From Ascidiella aspersa (Eukaryota), in the NCBI GenBank assembly GCA_963924565.1, contig OZ004607.1, positions 29,388,001 to 29,452,000 on the forward strand: 64,000 nucleotides of DNA. Direction: 5' to 3'. Numbering within the stretch: position 1 is the stretch's first letter; every line of letters begins with the position of its first letter. Made by a program: the position numbers and the translations under genes. Positions 28,531-43,500 of this stretch are shown here, in pieces. Under the pieces are notes generated by a model. It was not told the DNA's origin, did no database searches, and saw nothing but the letters and a program-made list of their open reading frames with translations.

Positions 28531-31500
28531 GCCGACCACGTGTTCCCATCGGAGGAGTGCGATCTGCTGCCACCGAGCGGCTACCACGGCTTGCGGCGCG
28601 AGTCGCTGGAGGTCGCTGCAGCAGGAGCCTTTGCGGGGCGCAGGTCTCCGAGCAATTACGAGCACGAGGTGATCGTAGAACAAGCGGAAAGTGTGTTCGA
28701 CAGGCTTGTAAAGGACGTCGTTGCACCGTCGAAGGAGTACGGCCTGGCCGCAGCCAAGGCCGCCCGCTCCCCCCTCCTTTCCGAAAAGGTCAGGCTGTTT
28801 TGCAAGTTTATTTCCGAACGCTGCTAATTGCGATTTGCGGTTCCGATTCCCACGCCTCGGGACAGTCAACACTTGGGTTTGAAGTTTAAACAGGCACAAT
28901 TTGGCCATTCAGAAAGTTGAGTTGCGGGTTCCGTATAGTGTTTAACATCACAACTCTTCCGTGTGTTATCGATTCGATTTGCGCACTGCATTTACGATTA
29001 AATTTAAGACGCTGTGAAGGTCTTGGATCAGCAATTATAACATGTTTTAAACTTGTTTGTGGATGCACCCCTTTGCTGTAAGTAAAAGTAAGCACACAGT
29101 AACACTTACAATTTAACAAGGCCTATCTCAGATGTATCTATCAAATATTATAGGTAACACAAGGCATTTACTGAATAGCGGTTACGTGATAAACTGTTAG
29201 CATTGCCCCAAAACGTCTTAAGTGTGACGTGATTTATGCGTAAGAATACTAAAATCTATACAGAAACTTACAATAATACCTAAATAGGAGGAGTATGAAA
29301 ATACTCCAAATGGTAGAAATAACTTCTAAATTGCCTGGAATGGAATTTGACTGTGCTATAAAGGCTTATGAGAAATATCTTACCACAGATTTATATTAAG
29401 GACGGAGTAGTAGGCTTACTGCTTCTGGCCTATTATTAGGCTGTAGGAAAAATGCCTAGAGCCACGAAGCAAAATTAGAGCTGTCGAAATGTGGTTATTT
29501 CGATTAAATTATCATTTCTAAATTAATGTAAAATTTAATGATGTAATTGTTTTACGTTTTAATTCTTTTTCGACTGCCCTTGGTTTAGGAATTAGCTCAC
29601 CTTATTTGTTATAGTGTCTAAGTTCTGTAAAACATTTTCTAATGACAAATGTGCAAATATAGTCGATGTATAATATAGAAGTAACTTCAGCTTGAAGGAC
29701 ACCCATTTCATTAGCGCACTTCGGAGTTATTATATATGCGTACTGGCCGGATAGATGTATCAAATAAAAAAGTGCATTTTAAATTAAATCATTGTACGGT
29801 GTCAGTGCTTACATAACAAGGATAAAGATGAAGAATGATATTTTTTAAGATCTCCAGGAAGCTTTGTTAGTGTTTGTAAGGTTACTTCGAACCTCACTGC
29901 ATACAAGTTGTTTTTTTCTAGCCTGCCCTGCTTGCCTTATTGATCGACAGATTCGGTGAGTCTGCGATGGCTGTCGCTGTACTAATGATATAAGCGTAAT
30001 CGTTGGTCAAAAAGCAGCTTCAGAAGGGCTAGATTACAGTGGTTGACACACATATGTATGTGCATGTTTCATTGTTTGTTAGGTTATGTTTCTTCTACGT
30101 CTTTTATAAATCAGAACAATTTTTTTGTCACAGAACTTAAAGAAAACCTTCATGCTACGTGCACTTCCTGACGTCATACCACTTGCGCAACAGCGGCAAC
30201 AATTTAAAGATCAGGTTAGAATTTTTTCTAAATCAGAGAGGTCTACATAGTTTGCTGCGGGCCATCCGAGCAATTCCTTTTATATGGCGGGCCAATGTTG
30301 CAGGGATAGAACCAAGATTTTACCTTAAATCTTACTTTGTGATATCACAAGTGATTTTACGAACAGCGCCGTTATCAAACAACTAACGCTAAATATTACA
30401 ATCGCTTTTGTAAAGCGAAAACATGTTTTGCAAAATAGCTAAACTAATGATCGATCTGTTGCTTGTGTTCGTGTTTACGAAAATAGAGATGCCCGCGTGT
30501 CGGTTAGTCTACGTCATTCGCAAAATGACGTAAAAAAAACGTTACGCAATAACGCACGCCTGTAGTTAAACTTGCACGTCAGAAGTAAAATCGATCCAAA
30601 ACGGTGTTCTTCGTCCATTTAGCACAGTGGATCTCAACCGAGGTGACGTGGCGCCCTGGTGTGGCATTTCTAATACTCCAGGGTGCCGATATGTAGGCCA
30701 TTAGATAATTTTTAAGAACCTGATTTTTTGCTCCATCGGTAAGTTGATACAGCTATTCTTGTTGATACAACTATTTATGTACGATTAGAGACCATTATAT
30801 CAAATTACATAATCCTACATGTTTTAAGTTGATTGTGTTTTATCAGTTACATCTATAGCAACATTTCAGTAAAATACCCAACGAAAATTCAAGTCGCGGT
30901 GCCGCAAATCTATTTATTATTTTTGAGGGGTGCTGTAAGCCATAAAAGGTTAAAAATCACTGATTTAGCAGTTTGATAAAAACTATTCATTATCGACACA
31001 GTGCCCGAAATCTCCTCTCGGGAGCAGGAGGCGCCACCTGACTCCTTCCCCTGCCTCCTCCTGCGCCGCCTCCTCATCCCGGATCGGGAGCAGCTTCCAA
31101 GGATCGGCCGACGAGTCTTCCCTCGGATCGGTTGCGCAATTCTCCCCTTCGGCGACGCGTCGAAGGAACAACCCAAGGTGCGTGACAGAAACCATTTTTT
31201 GCGAGACTACGATTGGAATTGACGTCATAGGGCCGTTGGTTGGCGACTCTTTTCAGATTTTATTTTACAAAGAAAGTGAAAGAACGACTTCCTATAACTG
31301 TCGACTTCTTAAAGCACGGTGCTTTTTTAACTATTTCTTTTCAAGAAGTTTTTGCTTCTTGAAACAAAACAACATTACCCAACCAATTTTTAAAGCACGG
31401 AATGTGAAATATAACTCCAATATCCAAATAAGTATACTCATACAAAATATGTACTGTGCACAAACTGTGAAATGATTTATTATTATAAAAACTAAAAGAC

Positions 31501-34500
31501 AAGGATGTGCACCGGCTAATATAATTTATTAGTCAATAAATAAAAACAATTGCGCGAAAAAAAAGCGAAAAATGCCCCACAAGTCGCTTTCATAATATAT
31601 AAAAGGGATGTCTTTTTGTTTTGGCATTATCTGACAAAACGAACCTAAAGGTCGCATGACAGATCCTTGGAAGCACTTGAGCACAAAAATGTTAAGCAAT
31701 TTGAATATCAAAGGTTAAATCGAATAGAAAGCCTCCCAGCAGGATTTATTTGTTGGCATGAAAGAATACGCGCGATTTTGGAGCAATTAACCTATCGCTG
31801 GTGACAACTGCGGTTTGTTTTGCCACAGGATTGAGCTCGGCCATGTCAGGCCTTGTTTAAAAGCGCTACCGAAAGGCATGTTTACAGTTTTTGCCGCGTC
31901 TCGTCCTGAGAAAATTCACCGTCGATTGGCGATTTGGCCTTTGCGGTTTTGGCCCGCGCCAAAATCGGCACAAATCCTTTCGAGCGAACCTCGTCCATCG
32001 AAGCGATCGGCAATACAGCGCCTAATGCTTCCCGTCGTAAACTCGCTGGCAGCGCGCAAATGCATTTCTTGGCAGTTATTTTGACCTTATGTAACTCCTC
32101 CCGCCCGCAGAGCGCTTCCAGAGAGGGAAACACTCCGCCCCGGTCCTCGACAGCCCGCACCTGCGCCAGCACTCGGTCGAAGTCCTTCGAAGCCTAGGAG
32201 CCCGAGTAAAGACCAAACATGGAGTCGAAACGAGGCGCAGGGCGGAAACGGCTCGGTTGCTCGCGGATCAAAGTCAAAGCCTACAGTCTTCGTCTTGGCA
32301 CAAGAAGCGGCCGGTAAAGGTGCATTTGGGGATGCAGCTGAGGCTATTCATGCCAACCGAACTGGTTTGGACGCCGGGCAACACTCCAGGAAGCGACATA
32401 CCATTACAGGTAGGGGAATTGCATTATTGATAAAGCGATTTTCGCTTATCAAAGGGCAGACTTGCCAATTCGCTCTTCGTTTGTAAATTGCAATCTTACT
32501 TATCCTTGAAAGCACATTAAAGTACGCTTTGTACATTTTAATAAATTCCGTGTAGAAGCACCCCTACCATTTAGGATCAACTAACTATATGCAGTGATAC
32601 CCTAAGAAGGAATGGGGTATAAAATGACTGATTAATAAAACCAATTATCGGCATACAATTATCGCAAGGAATTCGTAATCCAACTTTCCTAGTTTTGTTT
32701 GATTTGCTTAATTGCCGGGAAAATCACGAGGACAGATTGTATTCTCAAACACACGAGGTATTTATTTCAGTCTAGCATTAGAATATCTGAGGAGAAAATC
32801 CTTCAAAGTGAGATTCGAAATTCTATAGCTTTTAAGAATATCGTCAGTTTCATTGTTGATAAGGCTAACACATCAGATGCTTGGGAACACAAACATTTTA
32901 CCTAACACGTTGGGTTAAATCTAGATCGACATTCGTTATTAACCTTTTTCATTTCATCCATTGTGCTGGGTGTCTTATATAGGCGGGTGGTAATGTTTCT
33001 TCCGCGGTAAAACATTGTTAAAAACGCGTATCGTTGGCGATATGCATCGACAGAGCGATCGCAAACAGATCCAACACGTTCTCATGCCATTGCGGTTTAA
33101 AATACCCGCGATAGTGTCCACTTTTAAGCGCTCTCTCACCGATAAGCGGGTCATAGGCAATCGCATGTCCAAAAGTGTCGTCTTCGCTTACGTAACGGTT
33201 GCCCGGGCAACGATGCATGCGCAAGCGATCCGCTCCAATCTCGGGCAAAAATAGCGGCGTCGACGTAACACTGTATAGGATCCGACACGATCCTGCGCGG
33301 CAAATCGACCATAGCTTACAAAACTCGCGCGATTGCTCACAAACGAGTAGCAATCGGCCGCTGTTGTACGCGTCCGTTCCCACGCCGGCCTTTGGAGCGC
33401 ACGCGAGAACCGAGGCCCAGGATGACGTCATCGCTCTTTGGCGCCGCTTCCGCCAGATGCGCCCGATTGGCCGATTCGTTGGGAAAGTGTCAAATCCAGT
33501 GCTTTCGCCGTGCCCAAGGCCTCCCGCGCCCTTTCTAGGCTAAATGGTGGCGATTGATACACTCCTCGCTTCGGTGAATATAGCTTGACAAGGCCGGCGT
33601 GCAGAAATAGCCTGTTGGTTGCGAACCGAGGCTTTCTCATGGGGCCTATTTTTGCCCAAGACGAGAGCCCGACCGCTTCGGATGCTTGATGCTTGGTATA
33701 GTTGACAGTTTTCGCTCTTGCTTTAGTCGTGCAACAGTCGACGGGACGGAACGACGGTAAATCGAAAGACGTCAGAGAACGAACGAATCCGGAACAATCG
33801 CCAAAGACCCGCGCAAGGTATTCCGGTTGCTCTTTTATTGTAGAAAACCGCAATTAGCTTTATCTGGTGATGTAACATTTAATCAAATAGCAGAATCAAT
33901 GCCTAATCCAGACTATTAGCCTTCCATCTATGTACAGAAGTAGCTAATCAAGAATCGTTTTATTGAATTTTATTTCCTCTGTTTTAATTTACTTTTTTCC
34001 TTTATATTAAAATACTAACGATTGCCACGACATTTTATGATTATTATACATAAACTGTTAAAGAACAATTTATCAGTTAATAATATATAATATCTTAGAA
34101 TTGAAAACCAGAGTAATATCATTGATATTACTTGGCAAATCCGTTGGGATATTAAATTTGTATATGCATAACCCGAAAATTATAAATACAGTTTATTACG
34201 GAAAATAAATATTTTTTAATGGAGCAGCAAATAAGGCACTAAACAGTTTAAGGTTTAGTTCTTAATATACATTGTTAGGGCAGTGATGGTCGTTGTTCTT
34301 GCTTATGGATTATAAAAATAATTTACTTGTGTAAAAGATCAATCTTCTTTTTAAAGTGGTTTTAGTAGTTATAAATAAACGGCATTAAGTACACGATGAA
34401 CATAAAACGAGGCTTAGGTTGATATTGAAGGTTTTTGGCGTTTTGTGTGTGCCCAAACTTTATTGAGTACTTCGCAGTCCAACATAACGCAATAACTAAG

Positions 34501-37500
34501 ATTCTACGTTTAAAACAAATTATTTTTAGCCACATGAAATAATCGCTATCAATGGTGGAATGGGCATTGTGTTTTGATTATAAACGATTTACCTCAATGT
34601 TTTGTGTAACATTAAAACGTTGGTGTACAAGGTATCTCGCATCGACAACATGTTCAGGTTTCCTTGAAAAGTTGAAGGAGCTGAGCTACCTCAAACACTA
34701 AATTTAAAATGAATTTGACTGCCTAATCCGAAATTGCTACGTGGCTGTTTTCTTTCAGGCACTCTATAGCGCCGCTTTCAAGTCTCGACCTTAATATAGC
34801 CCAGCGAAGACGGGCGACCAGACAACTGCCAGAAGCGAGATTATTCTACAACAAAACTCACGGTCATCTCACATGTAAGCTTGCGGTAGACGATTTAGCC
34901 AATTCTACTTTATAGTAATAGCTTTAAATGTTTCTTAACAAGTAGATGCGACGTCAAGTTGCGTTTCATGCTGATATTATCTCGTTAACGATTTTTCATT
35001 GACTTAATAAGGTTAAACCTTCCTTATTTTATCTTGTAAGATTACCAGCTAATCCATGACATGACAGTGGCATTTCGATACGCAGTTAAAGTCCATATAC
35101 AGTAATCGCGTTACCCGCCAATGGGACATCGGAATGTGCTGCAAGAGGGTCGTATATTACATAATTTATATGGATAATGTGTCGGGCAGGGGTTCCTATA
35201 CTGGGGTCCATGAACCCTTTGCATTTCCGTAAGCTAGTTTTAGGGGTGCATAAAAACATAAAAGGATATTAGTGTATATTTAAGAAGTAATAAATTTTGC
35301 AAAGAAAAATTTAATTCAAAAATAAAACGGCTTCGCACTGAATGTATTTAGACTTGATTTAACTTTCACATTTTTCGGCCTGAAATCAGCAGATTTATGA
35401 AGTCTGTTTGCGTTGTGACATAAATTTTTGACGTCATCTTAAAAAAATTATTGTCTACGGTGGTCCACGCGAAGCACAAAAACAGTAGGGTTCCGCGGTA
35501 AAAAAAAAGTTTATAAACAACTGGTGTAGGAGATTTGTTAATACTGTAGACCTCACATTATTAATGTATCCAATATGTTGTATTTAGCGTACGAAAGCAG
35601 CACAAGTAGCAGCAGCAGCAGCAGTAGTAGTGAAGACGAAGACGAAGCGAACAAGGACAACGCTGCGGATTACAAGTATGTTTGTTGTTCTTTTCCATTG
35701 GCCGGGACCGTTTTCTAAACGGCAACAATAAACACGTTCGATTGGCCTTTTGTTTAACCGCTCTCCGTCGGCGACAATTCGATTTTTCGCAACAATAATA
35801 ATGACACAGGGCCTCTAATGGACAAAGGCGCGCCGACAGCCCGCGAGCCAATTGGGAAAGCGGCATTCATTTCGCTCTGGCGAGGGCAATTCAAACAGCA
35901 CAACTATTAACCCTTGCATTCGGTAATCTGCCTCTTTTGGGGGACGACATTCTTGATTACTGTTGTTCCAAAGGAATCATTCTATTATTGTAGCTTGTTT
36001 TCAAACAGAGCCAATAATGCATCACTCCACGCGACAAACTAATACCGATCGCTGATCCAATAATTACCAGGCCTTTTCACGTTTGCCTGCGTCGCCTGTC
36101 TGTAATCCGCTGCTTGTTTATTTTGTCTGTGAAGTGACTCGGATTTGTATTGGATAGCTATCAGTCTATTACATTTATGCCTGATTTGCGTAGCGGTTGT
36201 TTTGATTTTAAAACGCAAAACGAAAGAAAAACAAAGCATAAGTGTTGCAAATAACCGTCAACAGTGAAACAAGTGGTAAAAAATTATTCTGACGAAAATG
36301 AAAGTCGCTTGCCAAAATGGGACGTCACGAATTATTCCCCACGTGATGTTCATTCTGGTAAACACATTATAAATGTGAAATCCGGTTAAATGTATTTTTA
36401 ATAACAAAACGATTAAACATCTTAAAGACTTTTAAACTTCTTTTTAAATCGTTCACGTTTGCAAATTTCCTCTTTGTGGTTTAGTTAAGGTTATGATTAC
36501 TAATTAAAGCTACTATTTTTTCAACTACAAACGCATACGTATCAACAAAAAACTAAAAACGACAACCTTAATTTAAAGTCAAAGTAATTAAATATATATA
36601 AAAATATGACAATTTTATATATTAGCCTACACTTTGTTTATATAGGGATGCTTCTGCAAGAAATGTCATTCGATTTGTCAGTGAATGCTTATAGTGCCCC
36701 AAATTACAATTGTCGGTATTAGCCTAACCTAGTAAATGACTATTTTTTTACGTGTGAATTCACGTGCAGTCGTCCATCGGTTGAGATAGCAGCATCGCCC
36801 AGCACAAGTCTTGCATCAGGCTGGTCAACAACAACTTCGACTAGCTTCGACAGCAGCTTTAACGAAGGCGACCTATCCGCCTCCTTTTCTTCAACTAGCG
36901 AAGGTGCTTATGAGTGTTTTAAAAAGTCGAAGACATTTTGATGAAAGTCGAAGACAGTAACTAATGTAAATGACATGACCTCGGTGATTCGGACAATGTC
37001 TTGGTTGGGAGGCTTAAATGACTAGGTTGGAATATAAACATTCTGTCCGTTTTTTATTGAACAGAATGTATTGCCATGTTAAATCGATGAATTTGAAACG
37101 CGTAAAACTTTGACCCAGGCATGTGTTTTTGTTTTTTGTGCTTAGTATTTCCTTTGCGAAATATTGCTCGATACGGAATAAGTTTTCTTGATAGTTTTCA
37201 ATTTGTTGTTTTAATTGAAATCTCTTTACGACTTGGCTTCCAAATGGTTATTACTTGGAAAACAAACGGCTTGTCTTGAGTTAAGTCATTTTAAAGCGAC
37301 TTGTTTATAACAATGGCGATTATGCAGGCGGCCAAGCTCGTTGGAACACCTTTTTTTATCTGTTTACTCAAAACACTACATGGCTTTGTGTGCAGCCGAA
37401 GGCTGTACGATTTCGCCACGAGAGAATAACAGGCAATGGTTCCCTTTTGCGATTAGCGTGCACGTTAAGTAATACGCACAAATTTATTTTAAATACGTCT

Positions 37501-40500
37501 TTGTTACTTTTGTTACTGTATTTAATTTAAATTTTGCTATCTGCATAATAAATGGGTGCTGGTTTCCAACTTAATCAATGCTATTTTCCCATTTCTTATT
37601 TAAATACTCGGAACCTTCCTTTATGCTCTTTTCAAACTTCGCATAATTGCGACTAGTTAAATTTCGGAGCGGAATGCTCTTTCCTGTGACTGACCATTGG
37701 TTTCCTTCAAACTGAAACCCGCCCTAATGCGTGCACTTAAACTTACAGACATGAGGTCAGCTGTGTATAAGCTAAAGGGCCGTCTCCAAGTTCCCTCCCC
37801 CGATCACCACCAGCAAGCGGAAGGACCAAGCTCAACGTGAGTCACGCCTTTCGATCGTAAAGTGCCTGCTCGATCAATAATTAATCGCCCCACAACGACG
37901 TTCAACCGCAGGTCGAGCATCGACGCACCGCATCCGGCGAACGAGCCGCTTCGCAAGGCTTCGGAAAGTTTCGGAAACCGCTTTCTGCACCGGGCGAAAA
38001 GCATGATAGGCAAGCAGCATAAGTCGGAAGAGCGGACCTCGTCCAAATCGCTGGCCACTTCTCCCAACGCCCGTGCCAATTCGTTGAGCGAGGACTGCCT
38101 GGACCTTACTCAGTACAGGACCGTCGATAAGGTCGAAATCACTCGGTGAGTGAAATTGCCTTGGTTTTATTTTGAATCATTTGTCAAGGTGACCGCATTG
38201 GCTTTGCGGTCGGATGCTACAGGAAACGGATTTCGAGCGGAAAACAGGGTTTTGCGGTTTTGGGCCGAGGTATTTTTGTTGAAGTTGTAGTAAATTCTTT
38301 TGAAGCCCTTTGCCAAGTTTTGAGGGCTTGCCTTACATATTTTGCAGCTGCAAAACGACAATTTGACCTAGTTCGTCGTTTGTATTTTAAAAGCTCTATT
38401 TTATATTTAACAACTTTGTTTAACATTGTTCATACTTTTTACGAAATATAATTTTTATTCGATTTATTCATGTTTCTTTCGAATGATGTACTATACTTTT
38501 ACTTTGGTACACTAGCAGCAGTATGCATAACACAGGCTAAAATAGCATTACATGGAAATGGTGATAGTTGCGTTAGAGTCAGATAACGCACTATAAGTAT
38601 CTCGTCGTGCGTTCCACTGAAATTCAACATATACCCGTAGCTGTACCGTATAGAACAAAACAAACAAACTACTATACATACAGTATCAACGACCCAAAAG
38701 AAAACTGCCAAGAAGAGAGGATAGCCAGCCTCGGTCCCATCCACCTGGAAGGAGCACTTTTCAGGAGGAAGAGGCTCAAATGGAGCAGGACTTGGGCGGT
38801 CCTCCACACCAGCAAGATGATGGCCTTCTACAAGGATGCGAACCATCGAGATCGCGAAGTTCCTTTGTTTCTCATCGATCTGAAACTCGGCTGCGATATT
38901 GGCCACGTGACGCAAGGTATATTTTTACATTAAACGCGCAAATTTGTTGGAACACAATCTATAGAATTTTTGGTGTACGAAAGGTTTGTCGTGGTAAGCC
39001 TGCAAGTTGAATATATACTGGCCAAAGGAACTTGTTTGTCACTTTATGTTTGTTTTTTTCAATTCAAAGTTGAGTCCTCTTTTAAGTTTTCGGTTACAGT
39101 CACTAAAGTATTTCTAAGATATATCGACTTGCGTGCGATATCGGGAACGTGACTCAAGGTAATTTTTTGGCGTTGAACACGTAAATTTGTTGGAACACAA
39201 TCTAGGGATTTTTGTGTACGAATTATATATTAACCTTGTAACAATTATTTCCATAACGGTTTGTCGTCGTTAACTTACAAGTTGAATATACTGACCAAAG
39301 ACATTTGTTTGTCACTTTATGAATAATTTGAAAAAATTCAAAGTTGAGTTCTAGTTTTTTTGTTTAATGTGACAGATTGTTGATAAAAAACAAACTATTT
39401 TTGTTTAAGATTTTAAAGAAAAACGATATTTTGTTGTCTAGAGAGTATTGCATTAATTTGTGTGTCAAACTTAGTTTTCTGGTTTAACATATTCATTAGG
39501 CAAGTTATTAGAAAAATTAAATTTGTGATAATGTTATCTTCAAATTTAAAACAACAGCATTAAAAAGCTCTTCAGCCTATATATCAAAAAATAAATAACG
39601 GGAGAAGATTAAGTAACATATGTTTTTTATCACCCAATTTAACACGCATGCCAAACCGATTAATCATATTAACCTTGATTATGTGGGGTATTGATTTGAT
39701 TTTAAGCTTTTTCGATTTTAGACAAAGCTGGCAGCTCGTTCACGCTAACTTCCAACTCTAATCCAAAAGAAGGTGGAAAGATGGGATCTTCGCTGGAACA
39801 AAACGACAAGGGTATTTACTTTACTTATTGTTTAAAGATAAATTTAATATTAAAAAAACAATTTAGTTATAACAAAAATGTATGTGGGCTCATGGAGCAG
39901 TCGTATAACAGATCACAAATAGAATTAATCCCATTTTAAAAAGTTTAAATTATGCAAATAGTGAATTGCGTACGAAGCCCCAATCGTCACGGCCCGTATA
40001 TACTTTAGATTCAATAAAATTTCGCAGCGCCTCATCATTCCAACTCGGCGGCGTATGTGGCCAAACAGAATTATCTGCGCCCGCCTCGGCAAACCTCTAA
40101 TCCGACGCATCTCTTACTTTTCTATCCAAAATCAACTTCGGAGCGAGCGAACGAATTTCGCGGTTCGAATATGCGCTCGAGCCATATCACGTCGCGCTCA
40201 CGCCAGCCTGACAGCGGCAGGCCTTTGGCTGGCTCCAGAGCGCAAGTCGCAGTTGTAGGGCTGATGTCGAGTCGTCGGGATTAGAGAGCGAGTTCGCGGC
40301 GTGCGTCCGAATCGCTAATCCCCTTATCTGCTTGTTTACTGGATCGTCGCCGCTGGCCTGGCGAAAGCTGGACGCTGTGGCGACTGGCTGCTTACGCCGC
40401 ATTCTGCTACTAGGTCGATCAAATTTGCTCGCCATGCGCATTCGCGGACGCTTGATTGGGGTTTGTTTTGGCGGTTTGCCTACGTCGAACCTTTGTTGGC

Positions 40501-43500
40501 CGACGGGATTATTGCCTTGTAATTGCCAGCGCCGCGCAAATCGACAAGCGAATGCTGATTGATGGACAGAGGCGAAGGCCCAAAACGACGTCACAAAAAC
40601 TAAATCGAGTAACATCTGATGTACGCAATTTCTGGTTGTTAAGCCCGGTCAGACATTGTATGGTCATCACATTTTACACTCTGGATTACGTAACACGATT
40701 GGGCTGATCCTTCGGCTCGCAAATTTAGTACATTAAGCTATGCGTTCTTTAAATCCGTTCATTCAAATCCAAAAATGCCTCTTTCTAACATAATTGTTTT
40801 AGTTAAAAATGCCGAAATATTTTGGACATTTCAGGAATCCGAATAAAACTCGAAAATATAAAAACACAACAAATTTAGTTTAACCGGTAAAGGAGAACTC
40901 CAACTATAGATTGCAATTAGAAAGCAACTGTTTCCCACGTGCTGTTAAGCAGACGTTGGCGGTTAGCTATTGCAACGGTGCCAGCAGTCGATCTTACAAT
41001 ACACGCTTTGTCCGTTTGGCACAATCCTTAAACCCAAACAAGCGAATCGCGTTGCATAACTTTGTGTAAACCTTAAACGCGTGTTCCTTTCGCGCAGGTG
41101 CCGAGAGCAGAACGCGCAGGTCGGTGCAGCTTCTGTGCAAAAGCGTACCCGAGTTCGTATACTGGATCAAGGCGTTCGTTTTGGTTAACACGTCAGCGCA
41201 ACTGCCGACCAAGGTATCGTCTTCCCCGACGCCGCTTAACGAATCGCTCATATCCAAACAAGGTCAAACGGGAATAAACTTCGAGAGCTCGTCGCGGTTC
41301 GACGTTCCAGGAATCGCCTCTTCGTCTGCTGCTGGTGCAGGGAGTACATACGCGCCTGGAGTGGACGTCTTGGAAGATTTCCCCACACTCCGGTGCGCTG
41401 TAACTCCACCAGCCTTATCAGGGTTAGACCCGAGTACTCTAGACACGAGCATAACTGTGCAGACGCCCTTGTTCAAGCTGGACCGCAACGCCAACCACCC
41501 TCGTGATGATCACATTAACATAATAGTGGGAGATAGTGTTTTCGATTCTTCGACTGCTTTAACCGATTTGCGAACGGACATTCATGGGAAAACATTAGAG
41601 CCGGCTGATGGCGTGAAAAGATACTTCAGGGCGGAAACGAGCCGCGAAAAGGTTATTGCAAGGGACCTGCTCGCGGATGTGTCAGGCTCGGATGACAATG
41701 GGCGCCGAGAACAAACGGGCAGCAGTTCAAACATCCGAGGTGCTTCACAGCCAGGTTCCCGCAGCACAAGAGAGGAACAATGCCAAGTTCGCGGCATCAA
41801 AGCCTCGAACCTGCAGGTCGGCATGAGCGGAGCGTGTCAGGTCGACGCTGGCGAGGTGCGAAGCGATCGAGCCGCTAATCGCCGGTGTAATAATGACGCC
41901 CAGTCGCCAGGGCCGCGCGCCCTTATCGCCGGCGAAAGCGATTGCGGCGCTGCGCAAACAGAAGCGACCCGCGGGCGTTCGAGCGCGGACGAGAGAGAGT
42001 TGCCGCCCGCGCTGCCTTTTTCCTCTCGCGCTCTCGTTCATAAGGATCCAGAATGCCGAGACTCCATCACAACAGCTCAAACAGCAGTGCCATCAGCAGC
42101 TGCAGCGCTTGAATTACCAAGGATTATTAATCGTCAGGCAGTCATTAATAGGTCGTTACTAGTTAACGCACCAGTAGAAAGTTTGTGGAATATTAATCCG
42201 AGTTTGGAGCAACCTATTTACCCCGAAGTTTTTGAATTCGCAGCGACCGATAGTTTACCTTATTCTAACAACGACCAGTTGATTTGCAAACCCAAGTCAA
42301 GCTTCCGAAGACGACGACAGTCTGACGGAAATATCTTGGAAGCCTGTTGCGACAAACCTTACAGAATGAGATTTTCGCGAAGACCCGTTCCTGAACTCAC
42401 AAAAATCGACTTCATTGAGATCTACGGAGGATACAACGGCAATAAAGGTATGAAACCGCGAATTTATTAGCCTATAATATAAAGGTAATACAAAAGTTAC
42501 GTAACGTCTGCAATTTTCTTAATGTGGTAGAGTGATGTTAACGGTGATATTAAATAACCATTTTTGTTGTTGGTATATGTTGTATGAATTTGTGTGTTGT
42601 GTCTATGCAGATGCCTGCACAGACTCAGAAGTTCACACACACCTTAACATCAACATGAAATTCCTCGCGGTAAGTCGAATTTATTTGAAAGTTATTTTGT
42701 TCGGAGTCGTGTTTACAGTAACCTGGGAAATTTGGTCGTCACAAGTGTTCATCTTTATTTTCGCCCAAAATAGTTTCAACGCCCACGTTGTTTTTAAAGC
42801 ATCATTAAGTTTCCAGCGTGGAACCTCGAAGTCACGCGATTAGGATTCCAACCGAAAGTGTGGGAGTTGTTTTAATTGGCCGCCGCTAATCGCGCGCGGA
42901 TTACGCCGAAAGCGCTGTTTTTATCGCCACCGCGATTATCGCGTCTCTTGTTTTCGAGCGATAACAATCCCGTATGAATTTGTGTGAGCGCCCATAACAA
43001 TTTGGACTTAGTAGCCCTGATGGAAAACAGGGTCATAAATCGCCGCTGAAGTTTATTACGCGCGGTCGTGTTAAATGCACTCTGTTCAACTGGTTAAAAA
43101 TATACCCCAAATTGCTTTGGAATACCCTTTCCTAAAATTACATCGAGCGGTTATCTTTCCCAATAATATCTGAGAGTATGGCTGTGTACACTACAAGACG
43201 ACACGCATGCCCGAGGAAATGCGATTACACGGCTTCATTTGCATATCGCTTTGCTGTCAGTTCTGTTCCATGCCCCTGGATCGGTTTACACCCGTCCCGG
43301 GCCAATCCCTTTGCGGCAAGCCATCTAAAATGCTTGTCCGTGTGTCTGTCACCCAACGCTCTCTCGACGCGATTGCGTGTCAGTGTGCATACGTGTTGGC
43401 CTGCAGTTGTTGATTGTTTTCGTCTTGTGTTGCAGCAAAAGCGCCGAAGCGTTCACAAGGAATCTGAAAATCGATCTATGTCATCAGAAGGTAAGTTTTG

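Noticed and set aside
33018-33853. Two consecutive ~140-aa minus-strand ORFs
   Set aside because: They are antisense to a gene B exon and a CpG-rich intron block, and show no domain signal; a stop-poor GC-rich artefact.
35596-35648. AGC/AGT/GAAGAC simple repeats
   Set aside because: Explained as the poly-Ser/acidic coding tract of gene B exon 35588-35675.
40187-40615. 142-aa minus-strand ORF
   Set aside because: Arg-rich translation of a CpG island with no protein-like features.
41124-42470. 448-aa ORF as a standalone intronless gene or transposon ORF
   Set aside because: It begins with the terminal helix of PH2 and has phase-compatible acceptor (41097) and donor (42448) sites, so it is an exon of gene B; no transposase or RT motifs.
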